From: Candidatus Eiseniibacteriota bacterium
GTDB taxonomy: Bacteria > Eisenbacteria > RBG-16-71-46
Direction of reading: 5' to 3'
DNA: 64,000 nucleotides
NCBI GenBank assembly: GCA_963717505.1
Contig: OY970342.1
Span: 2,176,001-2,240,000, forward strand
Each line of letters opens with the position of its first letter. The first letter of the stretch is position 1. Made by a program: the position numbers and the translations under genes. This document shows positions 39,290 through 49,451 of the stretch, piece by piece. The notes beneath the pieces were generated by a model. It was not told the origin of the DNA, searched no databases, and worked only from the letters and a program-made list of their open reading frames with translations.

Positions 39290-39976
39290 AAGCGTACGCG
39301 ACGTGGCGCCGACGCCCTGTTCCCAAAGGTGAGGAAGCAGATTCTGTCTGCCCTCCTCATGAGCCCCAAGCGGTCGTGGTTCCTTAGCGACCTGGCCCGC
39401 CACCTTCGAACCCCCAAGACGAGCCTCCAACGAGAGCTCGCCAATCTCGAGGGGGCCGGCATCATCGTACGCGACGTGCAGGGTCGACAGGTTTACTACC
39501 GGGCAAATCCTTCCTGTCCGTTCCTTCCGGAACTCCAGGGGCTCTTCGCCAAGACCGCGGGGCTGGTCGACGTGATCCGGGACTCTCTCGCCAAGCTCGA
39601 TGGGCGTATCCAACTCGCCTTCTTGTACGGTTCAGTTGCCAAAGGCGAGGAAGTGACGGAGAGCGACGTCGATCTCATGGTGATCGGAAAGGTCGGTCTC
39701 GCGGATCTGGCCATGCCCATGCGGGCGGCACGCGAGCAACTGTCGCGTGATGTCTACCCAACGGTGTTCTCGCTGCAGGAATTCGTTTCGAAGGCAGGGG
39801 AGGCCGGTTTCGTTAGGACCGTGCTGGATGGCCCGAAGCTCTTCATCGTGGGAAGCGAAGATGTCCTGGAAAAAGCTCTTGGAACAGCGGCGCGTGGCTC
39901 GGCAGAAGGTCACACCGTCCGAGATAAGAACGCAGCGGGAAATCGCCGCTCGCGCACTCGCCGACGCCGTAATTGA
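39287..39976 (+). CDS. wHTH-MNT nucleotidyltransferase, copy 3
   Basis: ADALFPKVR, SLQRELANL, VYYRAN, FLYGSVAKG....SDVDLMVIG. Confidence 0.85.
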   Translation: MKRTRRGADALFPKVRKQILSALLMSPKRSWFLSDLARHLRTPKTSLQRELANLEGAGIIVRDVQGRQVYYRANPSCPFLPELQGLFAKTAGLVDVIRDSLAKLDGRIQLAFLYGSVAKGEEVTESDVDLMVIGKVGLADLAMPMRAAREQLSRDVYPTVFSLQEFVSKAGEAGFVRTVLDGPKLFIVGSEDVLEKALGTAARGSAEGHTVRDKNAAGNRRSRTRRRRN

Positions 39977-40307
39977 GGCAGTGTCCGACGACGGGCGATT
40001 CGACCGGGCCTACGATGCAGCCAGGGCTCTGGCGACCCTGGCCATCCGCGCGTCGGGTTACCGCGTGAAGGGAACGGGCGGAGGCCACTACAATACGTTC
40101 CTGGCACTCGAGGCTGTGGATCCGGCACGATTCTCCCCGTTTTCCGCCTACTTCAACCTGTGCCGTGAGAAGCGCAATGAGCTGAACTACGTGCATGCAG
40201 GAGTGGTTTCGCGCAGCGAGCTCGACGAAATCCTGGAGCAGACGCCGCTGTTCCGGGAGGCTGTCGAGGATTGGCTCCGGGAGAAGCATCCGGAATTGGC
40301 CTCATAG
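39861..40307 (+). CDS. HEPN-like toxin
   Basis: RFDRAYDAAR...IRASGYRV...GGH..TF, REKRNELNY; overlaps MNT. Confidence 0.7.
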   Translation: MSWKKLLEQRRVARQKVTPSEIRTQREIAARALADAVIEAVSDDGRFDRAYDAARALATLAIRASGYRVKGTGGGHYNTFLALEAVDPARFSPFSAYFNLCREKRNELNYVHAGVVSRSELDEILEQTPLFREAVEDWLREKHPELAS

Positions 40308-40382
40308 CCCGGCGTTCGGTCGTCGGCATCGAGGTTCTTGCAGGTCCGCCAGATCACGCAGTAAGCAGGGAAAGAGGAAGAC

Positions 40383-40760
40383 ATGACCACCCAGACCGAC
40401 CTCAAACTCACGCGTGTCGGCTACCTCATGATCCCCGTCCGCGACCTCGCCCGCGCGCTCGCCTTCTACCGCGACTCGCTCGGCCTGCCGGTCCACTTCG
40501 CCAACGACGAGTTCGCGTTCCTGAATGGCGGCGGCGTGGCGCTCGCGCTCCGGCACGCGAAGGACTTCAAGGCCGAGCCCGAAACCTCGGCGATCGAGGT
40601 GGTATTCGAGGTCGAGAACATCGATGCGGCCTACGAGTCGCTACGCGCCCGCGGCGTCTCGTTCCGCATTGCTCCGAAAGAGGCGACCGGCGACAAGTTC
40701 GTTGCCGACTTCCGCGACCCGGACGGGCACGTGCTCAGCATCTTTGGGCCAAAGGCTTGA
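40383..40760 (+). CDS. VOC/glyoxalase-family protein
   Basis: PVRDLARALAFYRDSLGL, FEVENIDAAYESL, FRDPDGH. Confidence 0.9.
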   Translation: MTTQTDLKLTRVGYLMIPVRDLARALAFYRDSLGLPVHFANDEFAFLNGGGVALALRHAKDFKAEPETSAIEVVFEVENIDAAYESLRARGVSFRIAPKEATGDKFVADFRDPDGHVLSIFGPKA

Positions 40761-40808
40761 TCCGCGCGAGCTAATGAAAGTGCCGCGCGGGATCCGGCGC
40801 CCCGCCGT

Positions 40809-41780
40809 TCACTTCCCCAGCAGGGCGCGGGCGCGCGCCTCGCAAAACGGCCGCATCGGGCAGCGCACGCGGATCGAGGCGTTGTCGTCGAGCCCGACCG
40901 ATGCGTATCGATCGGCCGAATCGGCCCACACCGTGGCGACGGTCGCCCCGAGCGCGTGGAGCCTGAGTGCTGCGGCCATGTTGGCGCCCGAGCTGATGCC
41001 CACGCAGTAGCCGAAGTGAGCGCGGATGCGCGCGGCCGTAGCGCGTGCCTCAGCGCTGCTCACGGCGAGGATCTCGTCGACGGCCCCGAGATCCACGAGG
41101 TCGGGCACGAATCCGTCGCCGATCCCCATGATGTCGTGATCTCCGGCCGGGCCGCCGCGCATGACCTGCGACTCCTCGGGCTCGACGGCAACCAGTCGCA
41201 CGTTCGGCATGGCCGCGCGCAGCGCCTGGCCCACGCCCATCAGCGTGCCGCCGGTGCCCACGCCCGCGACGAAGTAGGCCAGCCGATCACACCCGTTCTC
41301 GCGCAGCTGTGCCACCAGCTCGACGCCCGTCGTCGTCGCATGGCACCGGGTGTTGTCGGGGTTGCCGAACTGATCGGGAACGTAGTACCCGCGCCGGCCG
41401 CGGTATTCGTCGCGCAGGCGCACCGCTCCTTCGAACCCGGATGCTTTGGGCGTGAGTCGCACTTCGGCGCCGAGTCGCTCGAGCATGCGCCGGCGCTCGA
41501 CGCTCATGTGCTCGGGCATGAAGATCATCACGCGGTGCCCGAGCGTGCGCCCGACCCAGGCGAGCGCGATGCCGGTGTTGCCCGACGTGGTTTCGACGAT
41601 GACGTCACGGGGCTTGAGATCACCGCGCGCCGCGGCTTCGATCAGCATGAACTTGGCGATGCGATCCTTGACGCTGCCCCCCGGGTTGGCGCACTCGAGC
41701 TTGGCGTAGACGCCGTCGGCGACGACCAGCGGCGTGTGGCCGATCCGGCTCAGCTCGGTCGAGGCTTCAGGAGTCGACAT
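40809..41780 (-). CDS. PLP-dependent cysteine synthase-family protein
   Basis: YAKLECANPGGSVKDR, ETTSGNTG, DQFGNPDN, GVGTGGT, VGISSGAN. Confidence 0.9.
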   Translation of the reverse strand: MSTPEASTELSRIGHTPLVVADGVYAKLECANPGGSVKDRIAKFMLIEAAARGDLKPRDVIVETTSGNTGIALAWVGRTLGHRVMIFMPEHMSVERRRMLERLGAEVRLTPKASGFEGAVRLRDEYRGRRGYYVPDQFGNPDNTRCHATTTGVELVAQLRENGCDRLAYFVAGVGTGGTLMGVGQALRAAMPNVRLVAVEPEESQVMRGGPAGDHDIMGIGDGFVPDLVDLGAVDEILAVSSAEARATAARIRAHFGYCVGISSGANMAAALRLHALGATVATVWADSADRYASVGLDDNASIRVRCPMRPFCEARARALLGK

Positions 41781-43188
41781 GGATCACGTCCTTTGCTCCA
41801 GAAGTGCGGTTCGCCGCGCCCAGAGGAGCGAGGCGCGCCGTGAAGTGGCGGAGGTGGGGCATCTCTTCGACGATCGCGAAGCCGCGGAGCGAGTCCTTGC
41901 GCCGGACGACGTCCTCGGCGACCTCGATCACGTAGTCCATGTGGCTCTGCGTGTAGACGCGCCTCGGGATCGCGAGACGCAGCAGCTCGAGCGGCGCCAG
42001 GCGCTCGCGCCGCGTGACCGGGTCCAGGCCGCCGAACATGAGCGACCCGACCTCGACGCCGCGGATCCCGCCCTCTTCATAGAAGGCGCACGCCAGCGCC
42101 TGGGCCGGGAACTCGGCCGGCGGGATGTGCGGGAGAAACGCTCCGGCATCGATGAAGATCGCATGGCCGCCCGGCGGCCGGACGATTGGCAAGCCCGCCG
42201 CCATCAGCCCTTCTCCCAGGTAGCGGATCGAAGCGATGCGATATCTAAGGTAGTCCTCGTCGACCACCTCCCTGAGCCCGACGGCGATCGCCTCGAGGTC
42301 GCGGCCCGCCAGGCCGCCATAGGTCGGGAAGCCTTCGGTGAGGATGAGCAACTCTTCCTCCTGGCGGGAGAGCCGGTCGTCGTTCGAAGCCAGGAAGCCG
42401 CCAATGTTGGCGAGACCGTCCTTCTTGGCGCTGAACGTGGCGCCGTCGGCGAGCGAGAACATCTCCTGCGCGATCGATTCCACGCTGCGGTTCTCGTACC
42501 CGGGTTCGCGCAGCTTGATGAAGTAGGCGTTCTCGGCGAACCGGCAGGCGTCGAGATAGAAGGGCACGCCGCGCGCGCGACTCAGGGCGCTCGCCGCGCG
42601 CAGGTTCTCGAGTGAAGCCGGCTGGCCGCCGCCCGAGTTGTTGGTGACGGTCGCGAGCACGCACGCGACGTTGCTGGTTCGATCGCCGAGGATCCGCTCG
42701 AGCGCCACGAGATCGAGGTTGCCCTTGAACGGGTGCTCCTCTGCGGTGCGCATCACCTCGGGGATCGGGATGTCGATGGCGCGCCCGCCCAGCGCTTCGA
42801 CGTTGGCGCGCGTGGTATCGAAGTGCGTGTTGGCGACCACGCTCCGGCCCGAGACGCCGAGACAGGAGAACAGGATGCGCTCCGCGGCGCGCCCCTGGTG
42901 CGTCGGAATGATGTGGCGAAACCCGGTCAGCTCCCGCACGCGCCGCTCGAACACGAACCACGATCGGGCGCCGGCGTACGACTCGTCGCCGCGCATGATC
43001 CCTGCCCATTGCTCCGACGACATGGCGCCGGTCCCCGAGTCGGTCAGGAGGTCGATCAGGATCGCCTCGGCCGGGATGCGGAACAGGTTCCAATCCGCGC
43101 GCGCGAGCAAATCGCGGCGTTCCGCCGGCGTGGTCATGCGCAGCGGCTCGACCGACTTGATGCGGAAGGGCTCGATGATGGTCTTCAT
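41767..43188 (-). CDS. tnaA: tryptophanase (beta-eliminating lyase)
   Basis: EPFRIKSVE, IDLLTDSGT, GDESYAG, PTHQGR.AE, SAKKDG (PLP Lys), LRHFTARL (His as in TnaA; tyrosine phenol-lyase has LRFF). Confidence 0.85.
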   Translation of the reverse strand: MKTIIEPFRIKSVEPLRMTTPAERRDLLARADWNLFRIPAEAILIDLLTDSGTGAMSSEQWAGIMRGDESYAGARSWFVFERRVRELTGFRHIIPTHQGRAAERILFSCLGVSGRSVVANTHFDTTRANVEALGGRAIDIPIPEVMRTAEEHPFKGNLDLVALERILGDRTSNVACVLATVTNNSGGGQPASLENLRAASALSRARGVPFYLDACRFAENAYFIKLREPGYENRSVESIAQEMFSLADGATFSAKKDGLANIGGFLASNDDRLSRQEEELLILTEGFPTYGGLAGRDLEAIAVGLREVVDEDYLRYRIASIRYLGEGLMAAGLPIVRPPGGHAIFIDAGAFLPHIPPAEFPAQALACAFYEEGGIRGVEVGSLMFGGLDPVTRRERLAPLELLRLAIPRRVYTQSHMDYVIEVAEDVVRRKDSLRGFAIVEEMPHLRHFTARLAPLGAANRTSGAKDVIHVDS

Positions 43189-43609
43189 GCCGGGTTCCCG
43201 AGGCGATGTGTCCGCAAGAGTGGTGCCATGGGAGCACAGCCACCCTGGCGTCGGAACCCTATGTGCCAGGCCCTCGGAGTGGCTGCGGGGACGGTCGTCG
43301 TGGCAGCCGGTTCTGCCACGATGTCAGACCCAGCCCCCGCATCGCGTCGGCGGCCGAGATGTTCGGCTACGGCCGTAGCGCCCGACATGGCCACACCGGC
43401 GGATCAGGCGCTGGAGAAGGCCCTTGCGGCGGCACGCGCGCATTGAGGGGCCGAAGAGCGTTGGGCCCGAGGCACATTCCTCTTCTGAGTCCCCTGGATT
43501 CGCAGTAGCCTTATGGGGCTCCCGGCCGCGAGCCCGGAGCCTCGAATCGCAGCAGGCCCAACCGCGAACCCTCCGCGCTGCTCCCCGCGCGGCTGGCCTG
43601 GAGGCGCCA

Positions 43610-46390
43610 ATGAACAGACTTCTCTGTTCCCTCGGAGCGTCGCTGAGTGCAGCCATCCTTCTCTGCAGTGCGGCGCAAGCACAGTGTCCCTGGGACGATC
43701 CCGCCACATATCCCGGCGACGGGAGTCCGTTCCATGTCGTGATTGCCGATATCAACAACGACGGCATCCAGGACGTAGTCCGGACGAACAATGGGGCCAG
43801 AACGGTTAGCGTGTACTACGGGAATGGGGTCGGATCTTTCACCGGCCCGAACAATCGTCCGGTCCGCCCGGGGAATGGCCCTCTGACTGTCGCCGATTTC
43901 AACCGCGACGGTCATCTCGACATCGTGACCAACAGCACCATCGGCGACGTCGTTTCGGTGGTCTACGGGCTGGGCAACAACGCGTTCCAGGACGCGGTCT
44001 TCTACGCGACGGGGGATGCGCCCTTTGGCGTCACCCACGGAGACTTCCACGGGGATGGCATCCTCGATCTTGCCGTGACCAGTCTTGGCGAGGACGGGAT
44101 CACGATCCTCAGGGGAATCGCGACCGGCGGCTTCATTGCCGTGTTGAGTTATTCCACGGGAATGGATCCCTACGACATCAAGGTGGGCGACTTCAACGAG
44201 GACGGCATTTCCGACTTGGTCGTGACGAACTCGCAGAGCCACGACATCTCGATCCTCCGCGGGCGGGGAGCCGGTGGCGTGGGGAACGGCACGTTCGATC
44301 CTGAAGTCCGCATTGCCGCCGGTATGTTCCCCTACAGCGTCTCGATCGCAGACTTCGACGGCGACGGGATCTCCGATCTCGCGGTGGCGAATGGTGGGAG
44401 CGGGTCGGTCACGTTGTTCAAGGGTGGCGGTTCCGGTGGGGTCGGTGACGGCACCTTCCAGGAGGCGAATGTCATTGGGGGCTTGGGACAGCCTCGGTCC
44501 GTCGCTGCCGGCGACCTCAATGGCGACACGATCCCTGATCTCGCAGTCGCGGACTACTTCGGTTCGATGCATATCCTGATCGGGAATGGCAACGGAACGT
44601 TCCAGGGTCCAACGGTCGTTCCGGCCGGCCAGAACCCAACCGACGTCGCCCTCGGGGACTTCAACCTGGATGGCACGCTGGACGCCGTCGTCGCCAACTA
44701 CATGACCGACTACATGACGGTCTTCATGAGCTTCTGCCCGACGGGGCCACCGCCCGAGGTGCACTCGCTATCACCGGCGGCCGGCCTGCCGGGCGCCCAG
44801 GTGACCATCGCCGGATCGAACTTCGTGAACGTCGCGTCCGTCCGGTTCAATGGCCTGGAGGCCGCATACACGGTTCTGTCCGACTCGGAGATCCGGGCGA
44901 CCGTTCCTCCCCTGGCTCTCTCGGGGCCTGTACGGGTGCATACGGCGAACGGAACCGACCTGGGCCCCGTTTTCACTGTGGCCCCGCGGATCACGGGTTT
45001 CGCGCCTTCCCAGGCGCCAGCGGGCACCATCGTCAGCATCAACGGAGTCAACTTCATCGGGACGACGGCCGTCGAGTTCAACGGCACTCCCGCGTCGTTC
45101 GAGGTCAGCTCCGAGCTGTTGCTCAACGCCGTGGTTCCGAGCGGTGCCACGAGCGGCCCGATTTCCGTGACGAATCCTGGTGGCACGGCGCTGTCGACGC
45201 AGTCGTTCACCGTCGGGATTTCCGTCAGCGGCGGAATCAACTTGTCGTGGGACGACTGCGGGCCTGCGGGGACTTCGAACAAGAACTTCGCGTGTGATGT
45301 CAGTACCGGCGCCCCGTTCACTGCCGTCGGCTCGTTCATGCCTGCGACGCTGTTGCCGGAGTTCCTGGGCGCGTCCATCGACATCCGGATCGAAGCCGAG
45401 GGATCGGAGCTGCCCGACTGGTGGAAGCATGGGACGGGAGAGTGCCGGGGCACCACCGGACTCGCCACCAACTTCGACTTCACTACGGGCCCGTTCACTT
45501 GCGCGGACTTCAACGTCGGCCAGGCCGCCGGCGGTTTCGCGTACGACGTCGGTTTCGGCGGTCCCAACCGTGCGCGGCTCCGCATCCAGTACGCCGTACC
45601 GTTTGAGAATCGTAGCGAGGTCCTGACGGGCGTGGAGTACTACGCGTTCAAGGTCAACTTCCTGCGTTCGAAGACCACTGGGACGGGTGCGTGCTCCGGC
45701 TGCGGAGCCGCGCTGTGTATTCGCCTGGTCGAGATCCAGCTCTTCCAGCCGCCCGACCAACTCAACGATCCCAGATATTTTGATCCGATCAACAACAGCG
45801 TCGTCAGCTGGCAGAGCCCGACGGTCAACTGCGCGCTCGCGACCCCGGTCCTGGTCTCGGTGGTGACTGCCGAAGCGACCTCGGATGGCGTGCGACTCGT
45901 CTGGCAGACCGAGGATGTCGAGCACGCGACCGTCCAGCGCCGCGAGGCCGAGGGTCCGTGGCGGCAGATCGCTTCGCTCTACCCCGACGGTCAGCAGCGT
46001 GTGACCTACGAGGACACCGACGTCACGCCGGGTGCCACCTACGAATACCGACTCGGAATCCCGGCGCCGACCGGCGAGTTCTACGTGGGTGAAACCCGAG
46101 TCACGGTACCGTTGGCTGCGCCTGCGGCGCTTTCGCTGGCGCGGGTGGCGTGGAACGGCTCGGCCGGAGCGCTGACGGTGTCGTTGTCGCTGCCGCGCGC
46201 GGGCTCGGCGTCGTTCGAGGTGTTCGACATCAACGGCCGGCGAGTGGGCGAGCAGCGCCTCGAAGGGCTGGGCGCCGGGGAGCACGAACTCAGCGTGCGA
46301 CCCTCGCGAACTCTTGATCCCGGCGTGTTCTTCGCTCGGGTGACGCAGGACGGAAAGGGTGCGAGCCGGCGGTTCATCGTCGTGAAGTGA
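43610..46390 (+). CDS. secreted FG-GAP/VCBS-repeat protein with two IPT/TIG domains and C-terminal sorting-like domain
   Basis: GGAGG RBS, signal peptide, seven (A/G)D(F/I/L)N.DG..D-type repeats, SP.AG..G..VTI.G.NF, VFDINGRRV...PGVFF. Confidence 0.88.
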   Translation: MNRLLCSLGASLSAAILLCSAAQAQCPWDDPATYPGDGSPFHVVIADINNDGIQDVVRTNNGARTVSVYYGNGVGSFTGPNNRPVRPGNGPLTVADFNRDGHLDIVTNSTIGDVVSVVYGLGNNAFQDAVFYATGDAPFGVTHGDFHGDGILDLAVTSLGEDGITILRGIATGGFIAVLSYSTGMDPYDIKVGDFNEDGISDLVVTNSQSHDISILRGRGAGGVGNGTFDPEVRIAAGMFPYSVSIADFDGDGISDLAVANGGSGSVTLFKGGGSGGVGDGTFQEANVIGGLGQPRSVAAGDLNGDTIPDLAVADYFGSMHILIGNGNGTFQGPTVVPAGQNPTDVALGDFNLDGTLDAVVANYMTDYMTVFMSFCPTGPPPEVHSLSPAAGLPGAQVTIAGSNFVNVASVRFNGLEAAYTVLSDSEIRATVPPLALSGPVRVHTANGTDLGPVFTVAPRITGFAPSQAPAGTIVSINGVNFIGTTAVEFNGTPASFEVSSELLLNAVVPSGATSGPISVTNPGGTALSTQSFTVGISVSGGINLSWDDCGPAGTSNKNFACDVSTGAPFTAVGSFMPATLLPEFLGASIDIRIEAEGSELPDWWKHGTGECRGTTGLATNFDFTTGPFTCADFNVGQAAGGFAYDVGFGGPNRARLRIQYAVPFENRSEVLTGVEYYAFKVNFLRSKTTGTGACSGCGAALCIRLVEIQLFQPPDQLNDPRYFDPINNSVVSWQSPTVNCALATPVLVSVVTAEATSDGVRLVWQTEDVEHATVQRREAEGPWRQIASLYPDGQQRVTYEDTDVTPGATYEYRLGIPAPTGEFYVGETRVTVPLAAPAALSLARVAWNGSAGALTVSLSLPRAGSASFEVFDINGRRVGEQRLEGLGAGEHELSVRPSRTLDPGVFFARVTQDGKGASRRFIVVK

Positions 46391-46434
46391 GTCAGGGAGG
46401 GGGCAGGGGCGCCGGAGGTGCTAGGGTCTTCGTT

Positions 46435-48042
46435 ATGCACCGCGCCCCGCCTGCCTTCCTCGCGCTGCTCTCCCTTGCGCTAATTGGCTACTCCGGCCCC
46501 GCGGACGCGGGTACGCTGTCCGCCCGTGATTCCGCGGTCATCGTCCTCAACCGCCTGGCCCACGGACCGCGCCCCGGTGACGTCGAGCGCGTCGCCTCGG
46601 CCGGCGTGATGCGCTGGGTCCATGCCCAGCTCGCCCCGCGCCAGGACGTCGCGCGTGAGCGGGTCGAAGCCGACTTCGAGATCCTGAAGCTCGATCGCGA
46701 GGAGCTGGCGGAGCGCTTCGTCGATGCGCGTAAGGCCCGTCGCGAGCAGCGCGCGGATTCGACTCGCAACCAGGCCAACGACCCCGCGATGCGCGAGATG
46801 CGCGACCTCGCCGGCCAGTTCCAGCAGCTCGCGGTCGCGCGGGCGGTGGTCGCTGAATCTCAACTCCAGGAAGTGCTGGCCGACTTCTGGATCAACCACT
46901 TCAATATCTTCCTCGGCAAGGACGCCGAGCGTTATCTGCTGCCGTCGTACGTCGAGGAGACGATTCGTCCGCGCGTGCTCGGGAGGTTCGAGGACCTGCT
47001 GATCGCGACCGCCGAGAGTCCGGCGATGATGGTCTACCTCGACAATACGTTGAGCGTGGCGTCGGGGGCCGTGCCGCCGCAGCTCGCCCGGGCGCGCGCC
47101 CGCACGCTCAGGCGGCGCTCCGCACGCGCCGACTCGATGCTGGCGCGGCTCGAGTCGCGCATGCCGGTCGGCGTCAACGAGAACTACGCCCGCGAGCTGT
47201 TCGAGCTGCACACGCTGGGCGTCGACGGCGGTTACACGCAGAACGACATCGAGGAGGCGGCGCGCGTGCTGACCGGATGGGGCGTCGAGCCGGCGGCGCG
47301 CGGCGGCGGCTTCGTGTTTCGCGACTGGGCGCACGACCGCGGCGAGAAGACCATCCTCGGCGTTCGCTTTCGCGCGGGGCGCGGCCGCGAGGAGGGCGTC
47401 GAGCTGCTGCGCATGCTGGCGCGGCATCCGTCGACCATGCTCCACGTCACCACGCGGTTGTGCCAGCGCCTGGTGAGTGATGATCCGCCGGCCGGCGCCA
47501 TCGAAGCCGGGGTTCAGGCGTGGAAGCAGAGCGACGGATCGATCCGCGAAGTGGTGCGGGCGATCGTGATGAGCCCCGAGTTCTGGGCCGAGGCCGGAGC
47601 GCGATCCAAGTTCAAGACGCCGCTCGAATTCGTGGTCAGCTCGGTGCGTGCGGTCGGCGGTTCGGTCGGCGTCGAGCCCGCACCCGCGCGGGCTGTGGCT
47701 CGGCTCGGGCAGCCTCTCTATATGCAGCCGGTGCCCACCGGCTACCAGGAGACCGAGGCCGCGTGGGCGAACAGTTCGGCCCTCTTCGAACGTATGAACG
47801 TCGCGGTCACGCTCGCGGCCGGCAAACAGCCGGGGGTCACCGTCGATCTCGATTCGGTGATTCCCCTGACGGATGACTTCAACGCGCTGGTCGATCGAGT
47901 CGATCGTGCGCTGCTGGCCGGGGCGATGTCGGAGCGCACCAGGAACGTGATCCGCCGCGAGATCGAGGGGCTCGGGCCGCGTCATGCCCGCGCGCTGGCG
48001 GTCGGCCTGAGTCTCGGCGGCCCCGAGTTCCAGGTTCAGTAG
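46435..48042 (+). CDS. DUF1800-family protein
   Basis: QLQEVLADFWINHFN, SPAMMVYLDN, NENYARELFELHTLGVDGGYTQ.D, KFKTPLEF, PTGY, PEFQ. Confidence 0.9.
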   Translation: MHRAPPAFLALLSLALIGYSGPADAGTLSARDSAVIVLNRLAHGPRPGDVERVASAGVMRWVHAQLAPRQDVARERVEADFEILKLDREELAERFVDARKARREQRADSTRNQANDPAMREMRDLAGQFQQLAVARAVVAESQLQEVLADFWINHFNIFLGKDAERYLLPSYVEETIRPRVLGRFEDLLIATAESPAMMVYLDNTLSVASGAVPPQLARARARTLRRRSARADSMLARLESRMPVGVNENYARELFELHTLGVDGGYTQNDIEEAARVLTGWGVEPAARGGGFVFRDWAHDRGEKTILGVRFRAGRGREEGVELLRMLARHPSTMLHVTTRLCQRLVSDDPPAGAIEAGVQAWKQSDGSIREVVRAIVMSPEFWAEAGARSKFKTPLEFVVSSVRAVGGSVGVEPAPARAVARLGQPLYMQPVPTGYQETEAAWANSSALFERMNVAVTLAAGKQPGVTVDLDSVIPLTDDFNALVDRVDRALLAGAMSERTRNVIRREIEGLGPRHARALAVGLSLGGPEFQVQ

Positions 48043-48050
48043 GAGGGCGC

Positions 48051-49322
48051 GTGCGCGACGAGTCTTTCGCCACGGTCACGCGAAGGGCGTTCCTGCGCTC
48101 GGGCGGTCTGGCGCTCGTCAGCTTCGGCCTCGATCCGCTGTTCGTCGCGCGCGCGGCGTTCGCGCGCGATCAGGTCCAAGCGCCACGGGCCGGCCGGGTG
48201 CTGGTGTGCCTTTTCCAGCGCGGGGCGGTGGACGGACTCAGCATGATCGTCCCGCACGGTGACGCCGACTACTATCGCGAGCGCCCGCGGATCGCGATCC
48301 CACGGGGCGACGTCGTGGACCTCGACGGCCACTTCGGACTCCATCCGGCTCTCGCGAACCTGGCGCCGCACTGGCGCGAGAAGACGCTGGCGATCGTTCA
48401 CGCCGTGGGTTCCCCCGACGCGACGCGCAGCCACTTCGAGGCCCAGGACTACATGGAGAGCGGCACTCCGGGGGTCAAGAATACGCGCGACGGCTGGCTC
48501 AACCGCCACGCCCAGCACGCGCGCGAGCACAAAGAGACACCGTTCCACTCGGTGGCATTCGGCCCGCAGCTGCCACGCATCCTTGCCGGCAGCGCACCAG
48601 CGCTCGCGATCTCGGACCTGCGCGCGTTCGGGCTCCGCCCGCCACAGCCCGAAGCGCGCGACCGGCTGACGCGTGCGTTCGAAGAACTCTACGAAGCCTC
48701 GGCCACCGGGATCGTCGCGTCCTCCGCGGCGGAGGGCTTCGATGCCGTCGAGACGCTCAAGCGCGTCAAGCCGGCGGAGTACAAGCCCGAGCATGGCGCC
48801 GTGTATCCGCCCGGCCGGCTCGGGCAATCGTTGCTGCAGATCGCGCAGCTGATCAAGGCCGACATCGGGCTCGAGAACGCTTTCGCCGACGTCGGCGGTT
48901 GGGACACGCACATCGCGCAGGGTGCCGGCGAGGGGCAACTCGCCACGCGGTTGCGCCAACTAGGCGACGGGCTCGCGGCGTTTGCGCGCGATCTCGGCGA
49001 TCGCATGCAGAACGTGGTGGTGCTGACCATGTCCGAGTTCGGCCGCACGGTGGCCGAGAACGGCAGCAACGGCACCGACCACGGCCACGGCACGGCGATG
49101 TTGGTGATGGGCGGCGGCGTGCGCGGCGGACGGATGGTCGGTCGCTGGCCGGGGCTGGCGCCCGGCGATCGCTTCCAGGGTCGCGACCTCGCGGTGACCA
49201 CCGACTTTCGCGATCTGTTCGGCGAGGTCCTGGTGCGCCACGGCGGTGCTGCCAAGCTGCAGGCGGTATTCCCCGGCCACGAGTGCGACGAGCGCCGGTT
49301 CCCCGGGGTGATGAGGGCGTAG
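48051..49322 (+). CDS. DUF1501-family Tat protein
   Basis: TRRAFL, FQRGAVDGLS, RSHFEAQ, GGWDTH, SEFGRT..ENG..GTDHG, TDFR. Confidence 0.9.
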   Translation: MRDESFATVTRRAFLRSGGLALVSFGLDPLFVARAAFARDQVQAPRAGRVLVCLFQRGAVDGLSMIVPHGDADYYRERPRIAIPRGDVVDLDGHFGLHPALANLAPHWREKTLAIVHAVGSPDATRSHFEAQDYMESGTPGVKNTRDGWLNRHAQHAREHKETPFHSVAFGPQLPRILAGSAPALAISDLRAFGLRPPQPEARDRLTRAFEELYEASATGIVASSAAEGFDAVETLKRVKPAEYKPEHGAVYPPGRLGQSLLQIAQLIKADIGLENAFADVGGWDTHIAQGAGEGQLATRLRQLGDGLAAFARDLGDRMQNVVVLTMSEFGRTVAENGSNGTDHGHGTAMLVMGGGVRGGRMVGRWPGLAPGDRFQGRDLAVTTDFRDLFGEVLVRHGGAAKLQAVFPGHECDERRFPGVMRA

Positions 49323-49451
49323 GCAGATTCTCGCGACCGACTTGCGATTGCGCGGGACGCTTGGCGTGACAATAGAAGAGCTCCCTTTTTCTGGTGCCTC
49401 GGCCATTTCGAGGCGGTAGGCTTCTGGGGCCGCGGAGAAGGAGATCCCCCA

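Noticed and set aside
38753-39976. 407-aa ORF as a fusion protein
   Set aside because: The N-terminal part is an off-frame reading of the DUF2779 fragment; the MNT has its own promoter and ATG at 39287.
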